From: a bacterium
Lineage (GTDB): Bacteria; Patescibacteriota; Minisyncoccia; Moranbacterales; UBA2206
DNA length: 64,000 nucleotides
Assembly (NCBI GenBank): GCA_029567195.1
Contig: JAKQLJ010000020.1
Location: forward strand, 3,971-67,970
Direction: 5' to 3'
Shown here: one piece after another, positions 10,220 through 20,360 of the stretch
Numbering within the stretch: position 1 is the stretch's first letter
How the letters are laid out: each line of letters begins with the position of its first letter
Program-made: the position numbers and the translations under genes
Notes under the pieces: generated by a model
What the model was told of the DNA's origin: nothing
The model's input: the letters and a program-made list of their open reading frames with translations, nothing else
The model's database searches: none

Positions 10220-11203
10220 ATGATTAAATACAGTTTTATAATTCCTGTTAAGGAAATAAACGATTATATTCGGGAGTCCATCCCGAAGATTTTGGAAATT
10301 TCCCGGGAGGATTATGAAATAATAATATATCCTGACAATGAGAGCTCGGAATCATGGCCAAAGACAAGGCAAATTGCCAGCGGTCCGGGAGGGCCGGCGA
10401 TGAAAAGGGGGCTGGCAATGAGAGACGCGTTGGGGGATTTTTTGATTTTTATAGACGACGATGCTTTTCCCGAAAATGACATATTAGAAAAGTTAGACGG
10501 CGATTTTTCTGATGAGAAAATAGCGGCCGTCGGCGGTCCGGCAATTACGCCTAGGAATAACAGTTTTTTACAGAAAGTTTCCGGCGGGGTTTATCTGAGC
10601 AATTTAGGAGGAAATTTTCCGGAAAGATATTGCTCTATTGGCAAAAAGAGATTGGTCAGCGACTGGCCAACCGTAAATTTATCTGTTCGAAAAAAAGTTT
10701 TTTTGGAAGTAGGCGGTTTTGACTGCAGTTTTTGGCCGGGAGAGGATACAAAATTCTGTCTGGATATAATCAACAAGCTTGAAAAAAACAACAAGATTCT
10801 CTATGACCCGGAAATTATAGTTTGGCATCATCGAAGAGAGGGGCTGTTGAGGCATCTGAAACAAGTTGCCGGCTATGGTATTCATCGGGGTTTTTTCGCT
10901 AAAAAATATCCTAAAACCTCTTTTAAATTCCGATATTTTGTGCCAAGTTTTTTCTTTTTGTTTGTGGCTTTCGGCTGGCTGACAGTTTTTCTTTCTCCTT
11001 GGATTTTTAAACTTTATCTTTTTGGTTGGATTATATACGGTCTGGCTCTGGTTAAGGTTTTTTTTGATATCACTCGGCGCCAGAAAAATGTTTTAGTCGC
11101 TCTTTATTCTCTGGTTTATGTTTTTTTCACGCATTTGGTTTATGGAGCCAGATTTATACAAGGATTTTTTTATACTAAAGAATTAAAAAGTAAGCTTAGA
11201 TAA
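10220..11203 (+). CDS. GT2 glycosyltransferase
   Basis: FIDDD and GGFD...GED motifs; C-terminal TM helices. Confidence 0.8.
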   Translation: MIKYSFIIPVKEINDYIRESIPKILEISREDYEIIIYPDNESSESWPKTRQIASGPGGPAMKRGLAMRDALGDFLIFIDDDAFPENDILEKLDGDFSDEKIAAVGGPAITPRNNSFLQKVSGGVYLSNLGGNFPERYCSIGKKRLVSDWPTVNLSVRKKVFLEVGGFDCSFWPGEDTKFCLDIINKLEKNNKILYDPEIIVWHHRREGLLRHLKQVAGYGIHRGFFAKKYPKTSFKFRYFVPSFFFLFVAFGWLTVFLSPWIFKLYLFGWIIYGLALVKVFFDITRRQKNVLVALYSLVYVFFTHLVYGARFIQGFFYTKELKSKLR

Positions 11204-11206
11204 TTT

Positions 11207-12874
11207 ATGGCTGATCAAAATATGCCCGCCAAAGGCGGGTCCGCCTTTGGCGGAAAAATTTCAATTTCTTACCCTCCTTTGGAATCGGAAAAAGGCGTAG
11301 CGTGCCTGAGTCAAAATCGCCAGTTTCAATGGTTTGCCCATCCGACTTACATTTATCCGGTCATTCCGGCTTATGCCGCGTCGCTGTTGGCCAAAAACGG
11401 TTACCAGGTTTTTTGGGATGACGCTATTGCAGAGGAGCTGACTTATGATCAATGGAAAGAAAGAATAATGCGGGAAAAGCCGGACGTCATTGCTATAGAA
11501 ACCAAAACGCCGGTCGTAAAGATGCACTGGAGGATAATTGATGAGATAAAAAAAGAATTGTCGAATTTCTCCCTCCCCTCTGTCCCTTCGGGACATCTCC
11601 CCTCGGGCAAGGGAGAAGGCAATGGATGGAAGCCAATCTTTGTTTTGATGGGGGATCATGTGACAGCGCGCCCTGAAGAATCGCTCAAGAATTGCCAGGT
11701 AGATTATGTAATGGCTTCAGGTGACTACGATTTTATGCTTTTAAATCTAGCCAATCATTTGAGTAAAAACGAACCGCTTGAAGGAGGATTTTGGTATAGA
11801 AAAAGTTGTCATTCCCGGACCTACCTGCCAGAAAGGCAGGAAAGCGGTAATTTAGAGACTGGATCCCCAATCAAGTCGGGGATGACAAATTCAGAAATAA
11901 CTTCTGAATTTGTCAATTCCGGTCCATCAGACATTTCCAAACACAATCTTGACACATTGCCTATAATTGACCGGAAACTCACCAGATGGAAGATGTATGC
12001 TTACAAAAACGGCAATTTCAAATATACTCCCGGCGCTTATATGATGAGCGGCCGCGATTGCTGGTGGGGAAAATGCACTTTTTGTTCCTGGACAACTTTT
12101 TTTCCAGGGGAAAAATTTCGCACTATGTCTGCCCAAAAGGCGCTGGAAGAAGTGGAAAATCTTATCCGGCTGGGAGTGAAAGAAATTATGGAAGACAGCG
12201 GATCTTTGCCGATTGGAAAATGGCTCGATGATTTTTGCAAGGGAATGATTGATAGGGGTTACAATAAAAAAGTGACCATCAGTTGCAATATGCGGATTAC
12301 CGGCATAAAAAAATTGGAAACATGGAAAATGATGAAAAAGGCGGGTTTTAGATTCATCCTTTTCGGTCTGGAATCGGCCAATCAGGAAACTCTGGACAAA
12401 ATCAACAAAAATCTCAAAGTCGAAGAGATTGAGCCGGGACTCAAGATGTGTAAATCCGGAGGGCTCGAACCGCATATAACGGCGATGATCGGCTATCCTT
12501 GGGAAACAAAAGAAATGGCCCAAAAAACGATTGATTTGGCTAAAGATTTATTTAAAAAAGGTTATGTTGATACGCTCCAAGGAACGATTGTCATTCCTTA
12601 CCCCGGAACGCCGCTTTATAAGTATTGCGAAGAAAATAATATGCTTCTGACCCGCGATTATGATCATTTTGACCAGCGAGAAATGGTTATGAAATCATCC
12701 TTATCGTCAGCTGACGCCAAAGAGATGGTCCAGGGCCTTTATAAATCATTCATGAGCCCGCAGTTTATCTGGCGGAAAATAACTTCTATCAGAAGTTTTG
12801 CCGATATCAAGTTTCTTTTTATGGCCGGCTGGAAATGGCTGGGTAAGATGACGGATTTTCACTCTGTCAAATAA
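11207..12874 (+). CDS. B12-binding-domain radical SAM protein (class B-like) with three in-frame palindromic inserts
   Basis: CWWGKCTFC cluster motif, FGLESANQETL and PYPGTPLY motifs, N-terminal cobalamin-binding-like domain. Confidence 0.8.
   Translation: MADQNMPAKGGSAFGGKISISYPPLESEKGVACLSQNRQFQWFAHPTYIYPVIPAYAASLLAKNGYQVFWDDAIAEELTYDQWKERIMREKPDVIAIETKTPVVKMHWRIIDEIKKELSNFSLPSVPSGHLPSGKGEGNGWKPIFVLMGDHVTARPEESLKNCQVDYVMASGDYDFMLLNLANHLSKNEPLEGGFWYRKSCHSRTYLPERQESGNLETGSPIKSGMTNSEITSEFVNSGPSDISKHNLDTLPIIDRKLTRWKMYAYKNGNFKYTPGAYMMSGRDCWWGKCTFCSWTTFFPGEKFRTMSAQKALEEVENLIRLGVKEIMEDSGSLPIGKWLDDFCKGMIDRGYNKKVTISCNMRITGIKKLETWKMMKKAGFRFILFGLESANQETLDKINKNLKVEEIEPGLKMCKSGGLEPHITAMIGYPWETKEMAQKTIDLAKDLFKKGYVDTLQGTIVIPYPGTPLYKYCEENNMLLTRDYDHFDQREMVMKSSLSSADAKEMVQGLYKSFMSPQFIWRKITSIRSFADIKFLFMAGWKWLGKMTDFHSVK
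11807..11887. repeat. In-frame TGTCAT...ATGACA palindromic element (81 bp)
   Basis: Same family as the 1188-1307 element; encodes CHSRTYLPERQESGNLETGSPIKSGMT. Confidence 0.8.
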
Positions 12875-12908
12875 GACTTGAGTTTGTTGATCCATTCAAC
12901 ATTAATTC

Positions 12909-12980
12909 GTCATCCTGAATTTGATTCAGGATCTTCTAATAAACCTGCCTACCGGACAGGCAGGCAAGTTCAGCATAACA
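12909..12980. repeat. Degenerate GTCATCCTGAA palindromic element with nested CCTGCCTACCGG(A)CAGGCAGG, between convergent genes
   Basis: Hairpin ATCCTGAAT-TTG-ATTCAGGAT plus the 20-mer palindrome; may also act as a terminator. Confidence 0.7.
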
Positions 12981-12999
12981 AAAAAATAAACAAGCCCTG

Positions 13000-14739
13000 T
13001 TACTTGGTAGAGTTTAACTTTGATTCAATTATCTTTAAATTTCCCTGAATATTCGGGTCGTTAGGATTTGTCTCCGCGGCTTTTTTTATCATCTCATATG
13101 ACTTTTGGTAATTGCCTCGTTCAAAATAAATGGCGGCTATGTTTTGATAACTTTGCCAAAGGTTGGGATTTATGGAAACGGCCTTTTGATAGCTTTCCAA
13201 CGCTTCCTCAATTTTTCCCATTTCTATATATGTATTGCCTAGATTATGGTAAGCATCGGCATAGTTGGGATTAATTTCAACGGCTTTTTTAAATTCTTCA
13301 ACCGCTTTTTCATAATTTTTCTGCCGGCCGTAAACGTCACCCAAATTATTATGAATATTTTGTCCGGAAGGAGAGGTTTTGGCGGTGGCAAGCCAAAGCG
13401 TATCTTCATTTTGCCAATCCATATTTCTGACGATGGTCCTTGCAGAAAGCAAAACAATTAGAATGGCAAAAACGGAATAAATAATATTTTTTCGGTTGCT
13501 GTATTTTTCAATCAGCCAGTTGAAAAACAGGGCGATAACCACAAATATTCCCAAGGATCCGAGGTAAACATATCGTTCGGCGACTATCCAGGAAATTTTG
13601 AAAGGTGTCAGGGTGGGGGAAAGAGTGATGATGAAAAAGGATAGCCAAAAGAAAACGGCTTTGTTTTTTTTCCAGCCGTAAAATATAAAAGCCAAAAACA
13701 GAAAAAATACCGACAAAAAAATAATATATTGGAAAGTGCTAAAAAACATCTCTGTTTGGTAAAGGCTTAATTTATCCGGCCAGAAAATTAATTTAAGATA
13801 AGAAGAAGTGGCTATTGGAATCTGGACAAATAGGTTGATTGACTGAGTGTCTTGATAGGTAGTTGATTCCAAATCGGCTATCCTGCCACCAATCCTGGCG
13901 GCATACATGATAATTAAAAGCAAACTCATCGAGAAGAAAGGGATAATTTTTTTCCAATTATCTTTCAATTTTCCGGCTGAAATTTCATAAACGAAAAGAA
14001 TAGCAAAAAAAACCATCGATTTTTCAGAAGACAAAAGGGAAAAGGCAAAGGCTAAAACCGCTACCCAGTATATTTTTTTGTTTTCTCCAGAAATAAGATA
14101 AAGGAAAAAGGAAAGAAGGAGAAAAAAGCCGTATTGGGAATACGGTCCGCCGGAGATCCATGTTATAGATTCTGCCATAATGGGATGAATGGCGAAAAGC
14201 AAAGAAGCAAAAATGGCAATCAATTTTTTATTGGTCAAGAAGTTTAGTATGGCAAAAGCCAAGAAAGACGATCCAAGATGAAAAGCGATATTGATTACAC
14301 GGAAAAAGGCTGGATTCAGACCGCCGAGGTGAAAAGAAAAAAAATATAAAATATTTCTCACCGATCCTACCAGTGATTGCGTTAGGGCAAAGGTAAAATC
14401 TCCCACTCGGGGATTTTTTGAAATAAGCTGAACGTCATCGGAAACAAAGCCATTATCAAAAGCATTAAAATAAACTAAAAAAATAGATAGGGATAACATA
14501 ATCAATATATTTATGTTATCAGCGATAAATTCTTTAAAATTGAAATTCGAATCTTTCAAAAAAGGCTTATTAGATGGGTTTTTGGCAATGAAGGAGTTGT
14601 ATTTTTCCTTAGGCCAATGAGTTTTGATGTAGCGGAGAACTTCACCTTCCGGCAAATCCAAGTCCCTCCTTATCTTTTCCAAAGAGAGTCTTTTGATATT
14701 TTTCTTGATGTAATGCTTTTGGCTGGATGTCAGAGACAT
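13000..14739 (-). CDS. TMTC-like GT-C glycosyltransferase with C-terminal TPR repeats
   Basis: FVSDD, FAIHP...ESITWISG, SxE, AERYVY and RNxDW motifs, followed by 3-4 TPRs (HNNLGDVY, AYHNLGNTY). Confidence 0.8.
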   Translation of the reverse strand: MSLTSSQKHYIKKNIKRLSLEKIRRDLDLPEGEVLRYIKTHWPKEKYNSFIAKNPSNKPFLKDSNFNFKEFIADNINILIMLSLSIFLVYFNAFDNGFVSDDVQLISKNPRVGDFTFALTQSLVGSVRNILYFFSFHLGGLNPAFFRVINIAFHLGSSFLAFAILNFLTNKKLIAIFASLLFAIHPIMAESITWISGGPYSQYGFFLLLSFFLYLISGENKKIYWVAVLAFAFSLLSSEKSMVFFAILFVYEISAGKLKDNWKKIIPFFSMSLLLIIMYAARIGGRIADLESTTYQDTQSINLFVQIPIATSSYLKLIFWPDKLSLYQTEMFFSTFQYIIFLSVFFLFLAFIFYGWKKNKAVFFWLSFFIITLSPTLTPFKISWIVAERYVYLGSLGIFVVIALFFNWLIEKYSNRKNIIYSVFAILIVLLSARTIVRNMDWQNEDTLWLATAKTSPSGQNIHNNLGDVYGRQKNYEKAVEEFKKAVEINPNYADAYHNLGNTYIEMGKIEEALESYQKAVSINPNLWQSYQNIAAIYFERGNYQKSYEMIKKAAETNPNDPNIQGNLKIIESKLNSTK

Positions 14740-14802
14740 AAGAGTGTTGTTTATTTAATACTATTATATTATGATTTAAAAGTAAATTGATAAAAACAAA
14801 AA

Positions 14803-15300
14803 ATGAATCTTTTTGTCCATCTTTTAATTCACATTTTGTTCGGCCTTCTGGCCGGATTTATTGTTTGGAGAATTTGGAAAAAAATAATTCTGTCTTTTTT
14901 TTCGGCTCTTCTTTCCGGGGTAGCAGTGGATTTTGATCATCTAATTGATTATTTTCTCGTTTTTGGCGCTGATTTCCGGCTGGATTATTTCATAAACGGC
15001 TATTCTTTTTTAAAAAGCGACAAAATTTACGTTTTGTTTCACGGCTGGGAATATGTTATCATAGGGGCGGCGCTGGCGTTAATTTTGGAAAATAAAACAG
15101 CAAAAACAATTTTTTTGGCACTGTCTTTAGGGCTATTTTTTCATTTAAGTGCCGATGTTTTTATTGATAATTTGCCGGTGAAATCTTATTCCTTGCTTTA
15201 TCGGGCTAAAAATAATTTTGATTCTCAAAAATTGCTTTATCCCGATCATTGGCAAAAACACCTGAGGCAAAAAGGGGAGCTAATTTTAATTAAAGAATAA
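14803..15300 (+). CDS. Membrane-bound metal-dependent hydrolase (YdjM-like)
   Basis: HxxxH, DFDH, FHGWE and HLxxD motifs among TM helices. Confidence 0.6.
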   Translation: MNLFVHLLIHILFGLLAGFIVWRIWKKIILSFFSALLSGVAVDFDHLIDYFLVFGADFRLDYFINGYSFLKSDKIYVLFHGWEYVIIGAALALILENKTAKTIFLALSLGLFFHLSADVFIDNLPVKSYSLLYRAKNNFDSQKLLYPDHWQKHLRQKGELILIKE

Positions 15301-15301
15301 A

Positions 15302-16273
15302 ATGATTGATAATAAATCCGCTTATGGCGGAAAAAAAATATTAGTAACAGGCGGAGCAGGTTTTATCGGGTCGCATTTATGCCGAAGACTTTTGGAAGAG
15401 GGGAATGAAGTTTTGTGCGTGGATAATTTTTTTACCGGCAACAAAAAAAACATCCTGGATTTAACGGAAAACAAAAAATTCGAATTTATGCGTCACGATG
15501 TGACTTTTCCCCTTTATGTTGAAGTGGATCAGATTTATAACTTGGCTTGTCCGGCTTCGCCTATTCATTATCAGTTTGATCCGGTTCAAACCACCAAAAC
15601 TTCGGTTCACGGAGCAATCAATATGCTGGGGCTGGCCAAGAGGACAAAAGCCACAATTCTTCAGGCTTCCACTTCTGAAGTTTACGGGGATCCGGAAATT
15701 CATCCTCAAGTGGAATCATATTGGGGACGGGTAAATCCTATCGGTATTCGCTCCTGCTATGATGAAGGAAAGAGATGTGCCGAAACCTTGTTTTTTGACT
15801 ATTGGCGCCAGCATAAATTGCCGATACGAGTTATTAGAATTTTTAACACTTACGGTCCTAATATGCACCCTCGGGACGGCCGGGTGGTTTCTAATTTTAT
15901 TGTCCAAGCCCTTAAAAATGAAGACATAACCATTTATGGCGACGGATCGCAAACCAGAAGTTTTCAGTATGTTGATGATCTTATTAGTGGCATGATAAAA
16001 ATGATGGACAATAAGGAAAATTTTACTGGTCCGGTAAACATCGGTAACCCGCATGAATTTACCATAAAGGAACTGGCGGAAAAAGTTTTGAAGATGATTC
16101 CGGAAAGCAAAAGCCGGATTATCTACAACGATCTTCCGCAAGATGATCCGAAAAAGAGACAGCCGGATATAACTCTGGCCAAGGAAAAACTCGATTGGGA
16201 GCCAAAAATACAGCTGGAGGAAGGGCTTAAAAAAACAATCGGATATTTCAACAGTATAAAGAGTGAATTATAA
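15302..16273 (+). CDS. UDP-glucuronate decarboxylase (UDP-xylose synthase)
   Basis: [26 protein letters not shown] and DGRVVSNF motifs. Confidence 0.92.
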   Translation: MIDNKSAYGGKKILVTGGAGFIGSHLCRRLLEEGNEVLCVDNFFTGNKKNILDLTENKKFEFMRHDVTFPLYVEVDQIYNLACPASPIHYQFDPVQTTKTSVHGAINMLGLAKRTKATILQASTSEVYGDPEIHPQVESYWGRVNPIGIRSCYDEGKRCAETLFFDYWRQHKLPIRVIRIFNTYGPNMHPRDGRVVSNFIVQALKNEDITIYGDGSQTRSFQYVDDLISGMIKMMDNKENFTGPVNIGNPHEFTIKELAEKVLKMIPESKSRIIYNDLPQDDPKKRQPDITLAKEKLDWEPKIQLEEGLKKTIGYFNSIKSEL

Positions 16274-16291
16274 ATTTAATATTGAATTTTT

Positions 16292-17299
16292 ATGAAACAA
16301 AAATTTTCATTACCCTTGGTTAATGCTCATACTCATCTGGCGATGATTGCCTTTCGGGGAAAAGCGGAAGACTTACCGCTCGAAAAATGGCTGGAGGAGA
16401 ATATCTGGCCGGCAGAAAGTAAATTTGTCCGTCCGAAATTTGTTTATGAAAATTCCAAAAAAGCGATAAGGGAAATGCGCAAAAACGGGATTGAATTTTT
16501 TTTGGATATGTATTTTTTTGAAGACGAAGTGGCCAGGGCGGCCAGGGAACTGAAAATGAAGGCGGTAATCGGGGAGGCGATGCTTGATTTTCCTACTCCC
16601 AGTGCCAAAAATTTCGATGAAAGCATTGTTATTACTGAGAAATTATTAAAAAAATACAAAAAAGATCCTTTTGTTAAAGTGGCGGTTTCTCCCCACTCTA
16701 TTTATACGGTATCAAAAGAAAACCTGATAAGAGCTAAAAAATTGGCCCGGCAGTATAATGCCATTTATCATATTCATGTAGCGGAAACGAAGTATGAAGT
16801 GGAGGAGTGTCTTAAGAATAATAAAATGGCGCCGATTGAGTATCTGGATAAGATCGGGGTGTTGGATGAAAAAACGATTATGGCTCATTGCGTTTGGCTC
16901 ACTGACAAAGAAATAAACATAATAGCCAAACGAAAAGCGAAGGTTGTCCATTGCCCTTTGAGCAATCTAAAACTCGGGTCAGGCATTGCTCCAATAGCCA
17001 AATTAAGAGAAAAGGGGGTGGCGGTGGCTCTGGGAACCGATGGCGCGGCCAGCTCGAATAGGCTTGATATCTGGGAGGCAGGCAAATTCGCTGCTCTCCT
17101 TCAAAAAGGCATAAGTCATGATCCGACTAAAATTCCAGCCAGAGAGGCTGTTTACATGATGACAATAGCCGGAATGGAAGCCCTGGGAATAGACAGCATT
17201 AAGGGCGTTTCGCTTTCCAATTGGAAGAAAAAATTTCAAAAAATGAAGGATTTTAGTTATCTTTACGAACTTAACTCGGAAAAAATTAAATTTTGGTAA
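16292..17299 (+). CDS. MtaD/DadD-like amidohydrolase (MTA/SAH/5'-deoxyadenosine deaminase family), compact form
   Basis: NAHTH, DMYF, PHSIYT, HVAET, HCPLSNLKL and GTDGAAS motifs. HxH lies at residues 14-16, so the usual N-terminal beta domain is absent. Confidence 0.75.
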   Translation: MKQKFSLPLVNAHTHLAMIAFRGKAEDLPLEKWLEENIWPAESKFVRPKFVYENSKKAIREMRKNGIEFFLDMYFFEDEVARAARELKMKAVIGEAMLDFPTPSAKNFDESIVITEKLLKKYKKDPFVKVAVSPHSIYTVSKENLIRAKKLARQYNAIYHIHVAETKYEVEECLKNNKMAPIEYLDKIGVLDEKTIMAHCVWLTDKEINIIAKRKAKVVHCPLSNLKLGSGIAPIAKLREKGVAVALGTDGAASSNRLDIWEAGKFAALLQKGISHDPTKIPAREAVYMMTIAGMEALGIDSIKGVSLSNWKKKFQKMKDFSYLYELNSEKIKFW

Positions 17300-17303
17300 A
17301 TTT

Positions 17304-18119
17304 ATGGAACGTCCTCTTGTTTCCGTTATTATAACCACCAGAAACGAAGAAAAAAATATCGGCAACTGTCTGGAATCAATAAAAAAACAAAAGTATCCAA
17401 CGGAACTTTTGGAAATCATTGTTGTGGATAACAATTCAGAGGACAAGACAAAGGAGACAGCCTTAAAATATACGGATAAGTTTTTTAATAAGGGACCGGA
17501 ACGCAGTGCGCAAAGAAATTATGGGGTGGAAAAATCAAGCGGGGAATATTTTATTTATCTTGATGCCGATATGGTGATGAATGAGAATGTTATTGATCAT
17601 TCGATAGAAAAGATTAAAAGCAATCCGGAAATAGTCGCTCTTTATATCACGGAAATTGTTACCGGAAAAAAGTTTTGGAGCAAAGTCCGAAGGTTTGAGC
17701 GGAGTTTTTATGACGGAACGGTCATTGATTGCGTTCGGTTTATAAAAAAAGACAAATTTCTGGAAGTCGGGGGATTTGACGAGAAACTGACTGGTCCTGA
17801 AGATTGGGATTTGGATAAAAAATTGAGAAATATTGGGAAAACCGTTCTTTTGAAAACCCCTATTTATCATAATGAGGCAGAATTTAATATAAGAAAATAT
17901 CTTAGTAAAAAAGGATATTACGCTCAAAATTTTAATGCCTATATTGCCAAATGGGGGAAAGATGACCCGGACGTCAGCAAGCAATTTGGATTTTTTTATC
18001 GATTTTTCAGTGTTTTTTTAGAAAGAGGAAAATGGAAAAAAATTATTTTTCATCCTATTCTAACACTGGGGATGTATTTGCTTAGATTTTTGGTAGGGAT
18101 AAAATTTTTGTTTCGTTAG
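17304..18119 (+). CDS. GT2 glycosyltransferase
   Basis: VVDNNSED, LDAD and GGFDE...ED motifs. Confidence 0.85.
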   Translation: MERPLVSVIITTRNEEKNIGNCLESIKKQKYPTELLEIIVVDNNSEDKTKETALKYTDKFFNKGPERSAQRNYGVEKSSGEYFIYLDADMVMNENVIDHSIEKIKSNPEIVALYITEIVTGKKFWSKVRRFERSFYDGTVIDCVRFIKKDKFLEVGGFDEKLTGPEDWDLDKKLRNIGKTVLLKTPIYHNEAEFNIRKYLSKKGYYAQNFNAYIAKWGKDDPDVSKQFGFFYRFFSVFLERGKWKKIIFHPILTLGMYLLRFLVGIKFLFR

Positions 18120-18129
18120 ATTTAAATAA

Positions 18130-18159
18130 TTGATAAAGAGGCTGAAAATATGCTATATT
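18130..18159 (+). promoter_or_regulatory. Promoter TTGATA-18-TATATT with an extended -10 TG
   Basis: Lies in the 108-bp gap before 18228. Confidence 0.5.
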
Positions 18160-18227
18160 GGGTTAAGTTATCTTTGCGAAAACAAGGATATGTTTTTTGA
18201 TTAATTAATTAAAAATTCACAAAAAAA

Positions 18228-19274
18228 ATGAAAAAAATGCTTGTTACTGGATCAGGGGGGCTTATTGGATCAGAATCCGTCCGATTTTTTTCGGAAAAAG
18301 GATTTGAAATTCATGGAATCGACAATAATATGCGGGCTTATTTTTTTGGGAAAGATGCCAGCACAGAATGGAGCGTAAAAGAACTCAAAAAAAATATTCC
18401 TAATTATGTTCACCATGATGTTGATATTCGGAACAAGGAAGGGATTGAAAAAATATTTAAAAAATATAAATTTGATCTTATAGTTCATACTGCTGCTCAA
18501 CCGTCTCATGATTGGGCGGCCAGAGAACCATACACTGATTTTGAAGTCAATGCTCACGGGACATTAGTTATGCTGGAAAACTTCAGAAATTATTGTCCGA
18601 AAGCGGTTTTTATTTTTACTTCTACTAATAAAGTTTATGGTGATACTCCCAACATCTTGCCTATAGTGGAACTAGAAAGTCGTTTTGAGATTGATGTTCG
18701 TCATCCTTTTTATAAGGGAATAGATGAAAGTATGAGCATTGATCATTCTAAGCATAGTATTTTTGGAGCTTCTAAATGTGCGGCGGATATAATGGTTCAG
18801 GAATATGGACGTTATTTTAATTTAAAAACAGCTGTTTTTAGGGGAGGTTGCCTAACAGGCCCTAACCACAGCGGAGCAGAACTTCATGGATTTTTAGCCT
18901 ATCTTGGCAAATGTATTGCTACTGGCAAACAATATACAATTTTTGGTTATAAAGGAAAGCAAGTCCGGGATAATATTCACTCCTATGATTTGGTTAATGC
19001 TTTTTGGCATTTTTACAAAAAACCGCGAATAGCGGAAGTTTACAATATGGGTGGTGGACGTCATTCTAATATTTCCATGAAGGAGGCGATAGAAAAATTT
19101 GAAAAAATTACCGGGAAAAAAGCAAATATAAAATATATCAAGCAAAACCGAATTGGAGATCATATCTGGTATATAAGTGATGTATCTAAATTTCAAAGGC
19201 ATTATCCGAAATGGAATTTTAAATATGGAATTGATGACATTATGCATGAGATTTGTAAGTACGGTCATTTCTAA
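18228..19274 (+). CDS. CDP-paratose 2-epimerase (RfbE)-like SDR
   Basis: [13 protein letters not shown] and GYKGKQVRD motifs. Confidence 0.75.
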   Translation: MKKMLVTGSGGLIGSESVRFFSEKGFEIHGIDNNMRAYFFGKDASTEWSVKELKKNIPNYVHHDVDIRNKEGIEKIFKKYKFDLIVHTAAQPSHDWAAREPYTDFEVNAHGTLVMLENFRNYCPKAVFIFTSTNKVYGDTPNILPIVELESRFEIDVRHPFYKGIDESMSIDHSKHSIFGASKCAADIMVQEYGRYFNLKTAVFRGGCLTGPNHSGAELHGFLAYLGKCIATGKQYTIFGYKGKQVRDNIHSYDLVNAFWHFYKKPRIAEVYNMGGGRHSNISMKEAIEKFEKITGKKANIKYIKQNRIGDHIWYISDVSKFQRHYPKWNFKYGIDDIMHEICKYGHF

Positions 19275-19283
19275 GTAAATTTT

Positions 19284-20360
19284 ATGAATTATAAAACCAT
19301 TCTTATAACCGGTGGAGCGGGATTCGTCGGATCAAATCTGGCGCTAAAGCTAAAAAAACAATATCCGGACGTAAAGATTATCTCTCTGGACAATTTGATG
19401 CGGCGCGGTTCAGAGCTCAATCTGTCAAGATTGAAAAATGCCGGGGTGGAATTTATCCATGGCGATATCAGAAACAAGGAGGATCTGCTCAATTTAAAGG
19501 ATAAAATAGAATTGATAATTGAATGTTCGGCCGAACCGTCCGTTCTTGCCGGCACAGAAGGATCGCCGGAATATGTCATTAATACCAATTTAATTGGAAC
19601 ATATAACTGTCTGGAGCTGGCCAGAAAAGACAGGGCGGATGTGGTTTTTATGTCAACCAGCCGGATTTATCCGGTGGATGGAATTGCCAAACTCAATTTT
19701 ATTGAAGAGGAAACAAGGTTTTCCATTGCTCCTGAACAAAGCGTGCCGGGAGCAGCGCCCAAGGGGTTTTCAGAGGAATTTCCCCTGGGGAAAAACCGTT
19801 CTTTTTATGGAATGACGAAGCTTTGCTCGGAGTTTTTAATTAACGAATACGCGGCGGCTTATGGCATAAAGGCGGTTATCAACCGGTGCAGCGTGATTAC
19901 CGGTCCGTGGCAAATGGGGAAAATTGATCAGGGGGTGGCGGTTCTCTGGGTAGCCAGGCATATTTGGGCTAATAAGCACCTTTCTTATATTGGTTATGGC
20001 GGGTCTGGAAAACAAGTGCGTGATTTTATCCATATTGACGATATTTTTGATGTGATAAAGACAGAAATGGAAGATATGGAAAAGCACAATGGGGAAATTT
20101 ATAATATCGGTGGCGGACTGGAAAACAGTTTATCTCTTTTGGAGATGACCAAGATTTGTCAGGAAATTACCGGTCATAAACTGGAGATCGGATCAATTGC
20201 CCAAGACAGGCCTAACGATGTAAAATCATATATCACCGATTTTAGTAAATTTGAAAAATCTACCGGCTGGAAACCTAAAAAAAATGTAAAAGAAACATTG
20301 ACTGATGTCCATCAGTGGATTATGGAGAATAAGGAACAACTGGAGAGCATCTTAAATTAA
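19284..20360 (+). CDS. Second RfbE-like NAD-dependent epimerase/dehydratase
   Basis: GGAGFVG, YGMTK, DQG and GKQVRD motifs. Confidence 0.75.
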   Translation: MNYKTILITGGAGFVGSNLALKLKKQYPDVKIISLDNLMRRGSELNLSRLKNAGVEFIHGDIRNKEDLLNLKDKIELIIECSAEPSVLAGTEGSPEYVINTNLIGTYNCLELARKDRADVVFMSTSRIYPVDGIAKLNFIEEETRFSIAPEQSVPGAAPKGFSEEFPLGKNRSFYGMTKLCSEFLINEYAAAYGIKAVINRCSVITGPWQMGKIDQGVAVLWVARHIWANKHLSYIGYGGSGKQVRDFIHIDDIFDVIKTEMEDMEKHNGEIYNIGGGLENSLSLLEMTKICQEITGHKLEIGSIAQDRPNDVKSYITDFSKFEKSTGWKPKKNVKETLTDVHQWIMENKEQLESILN

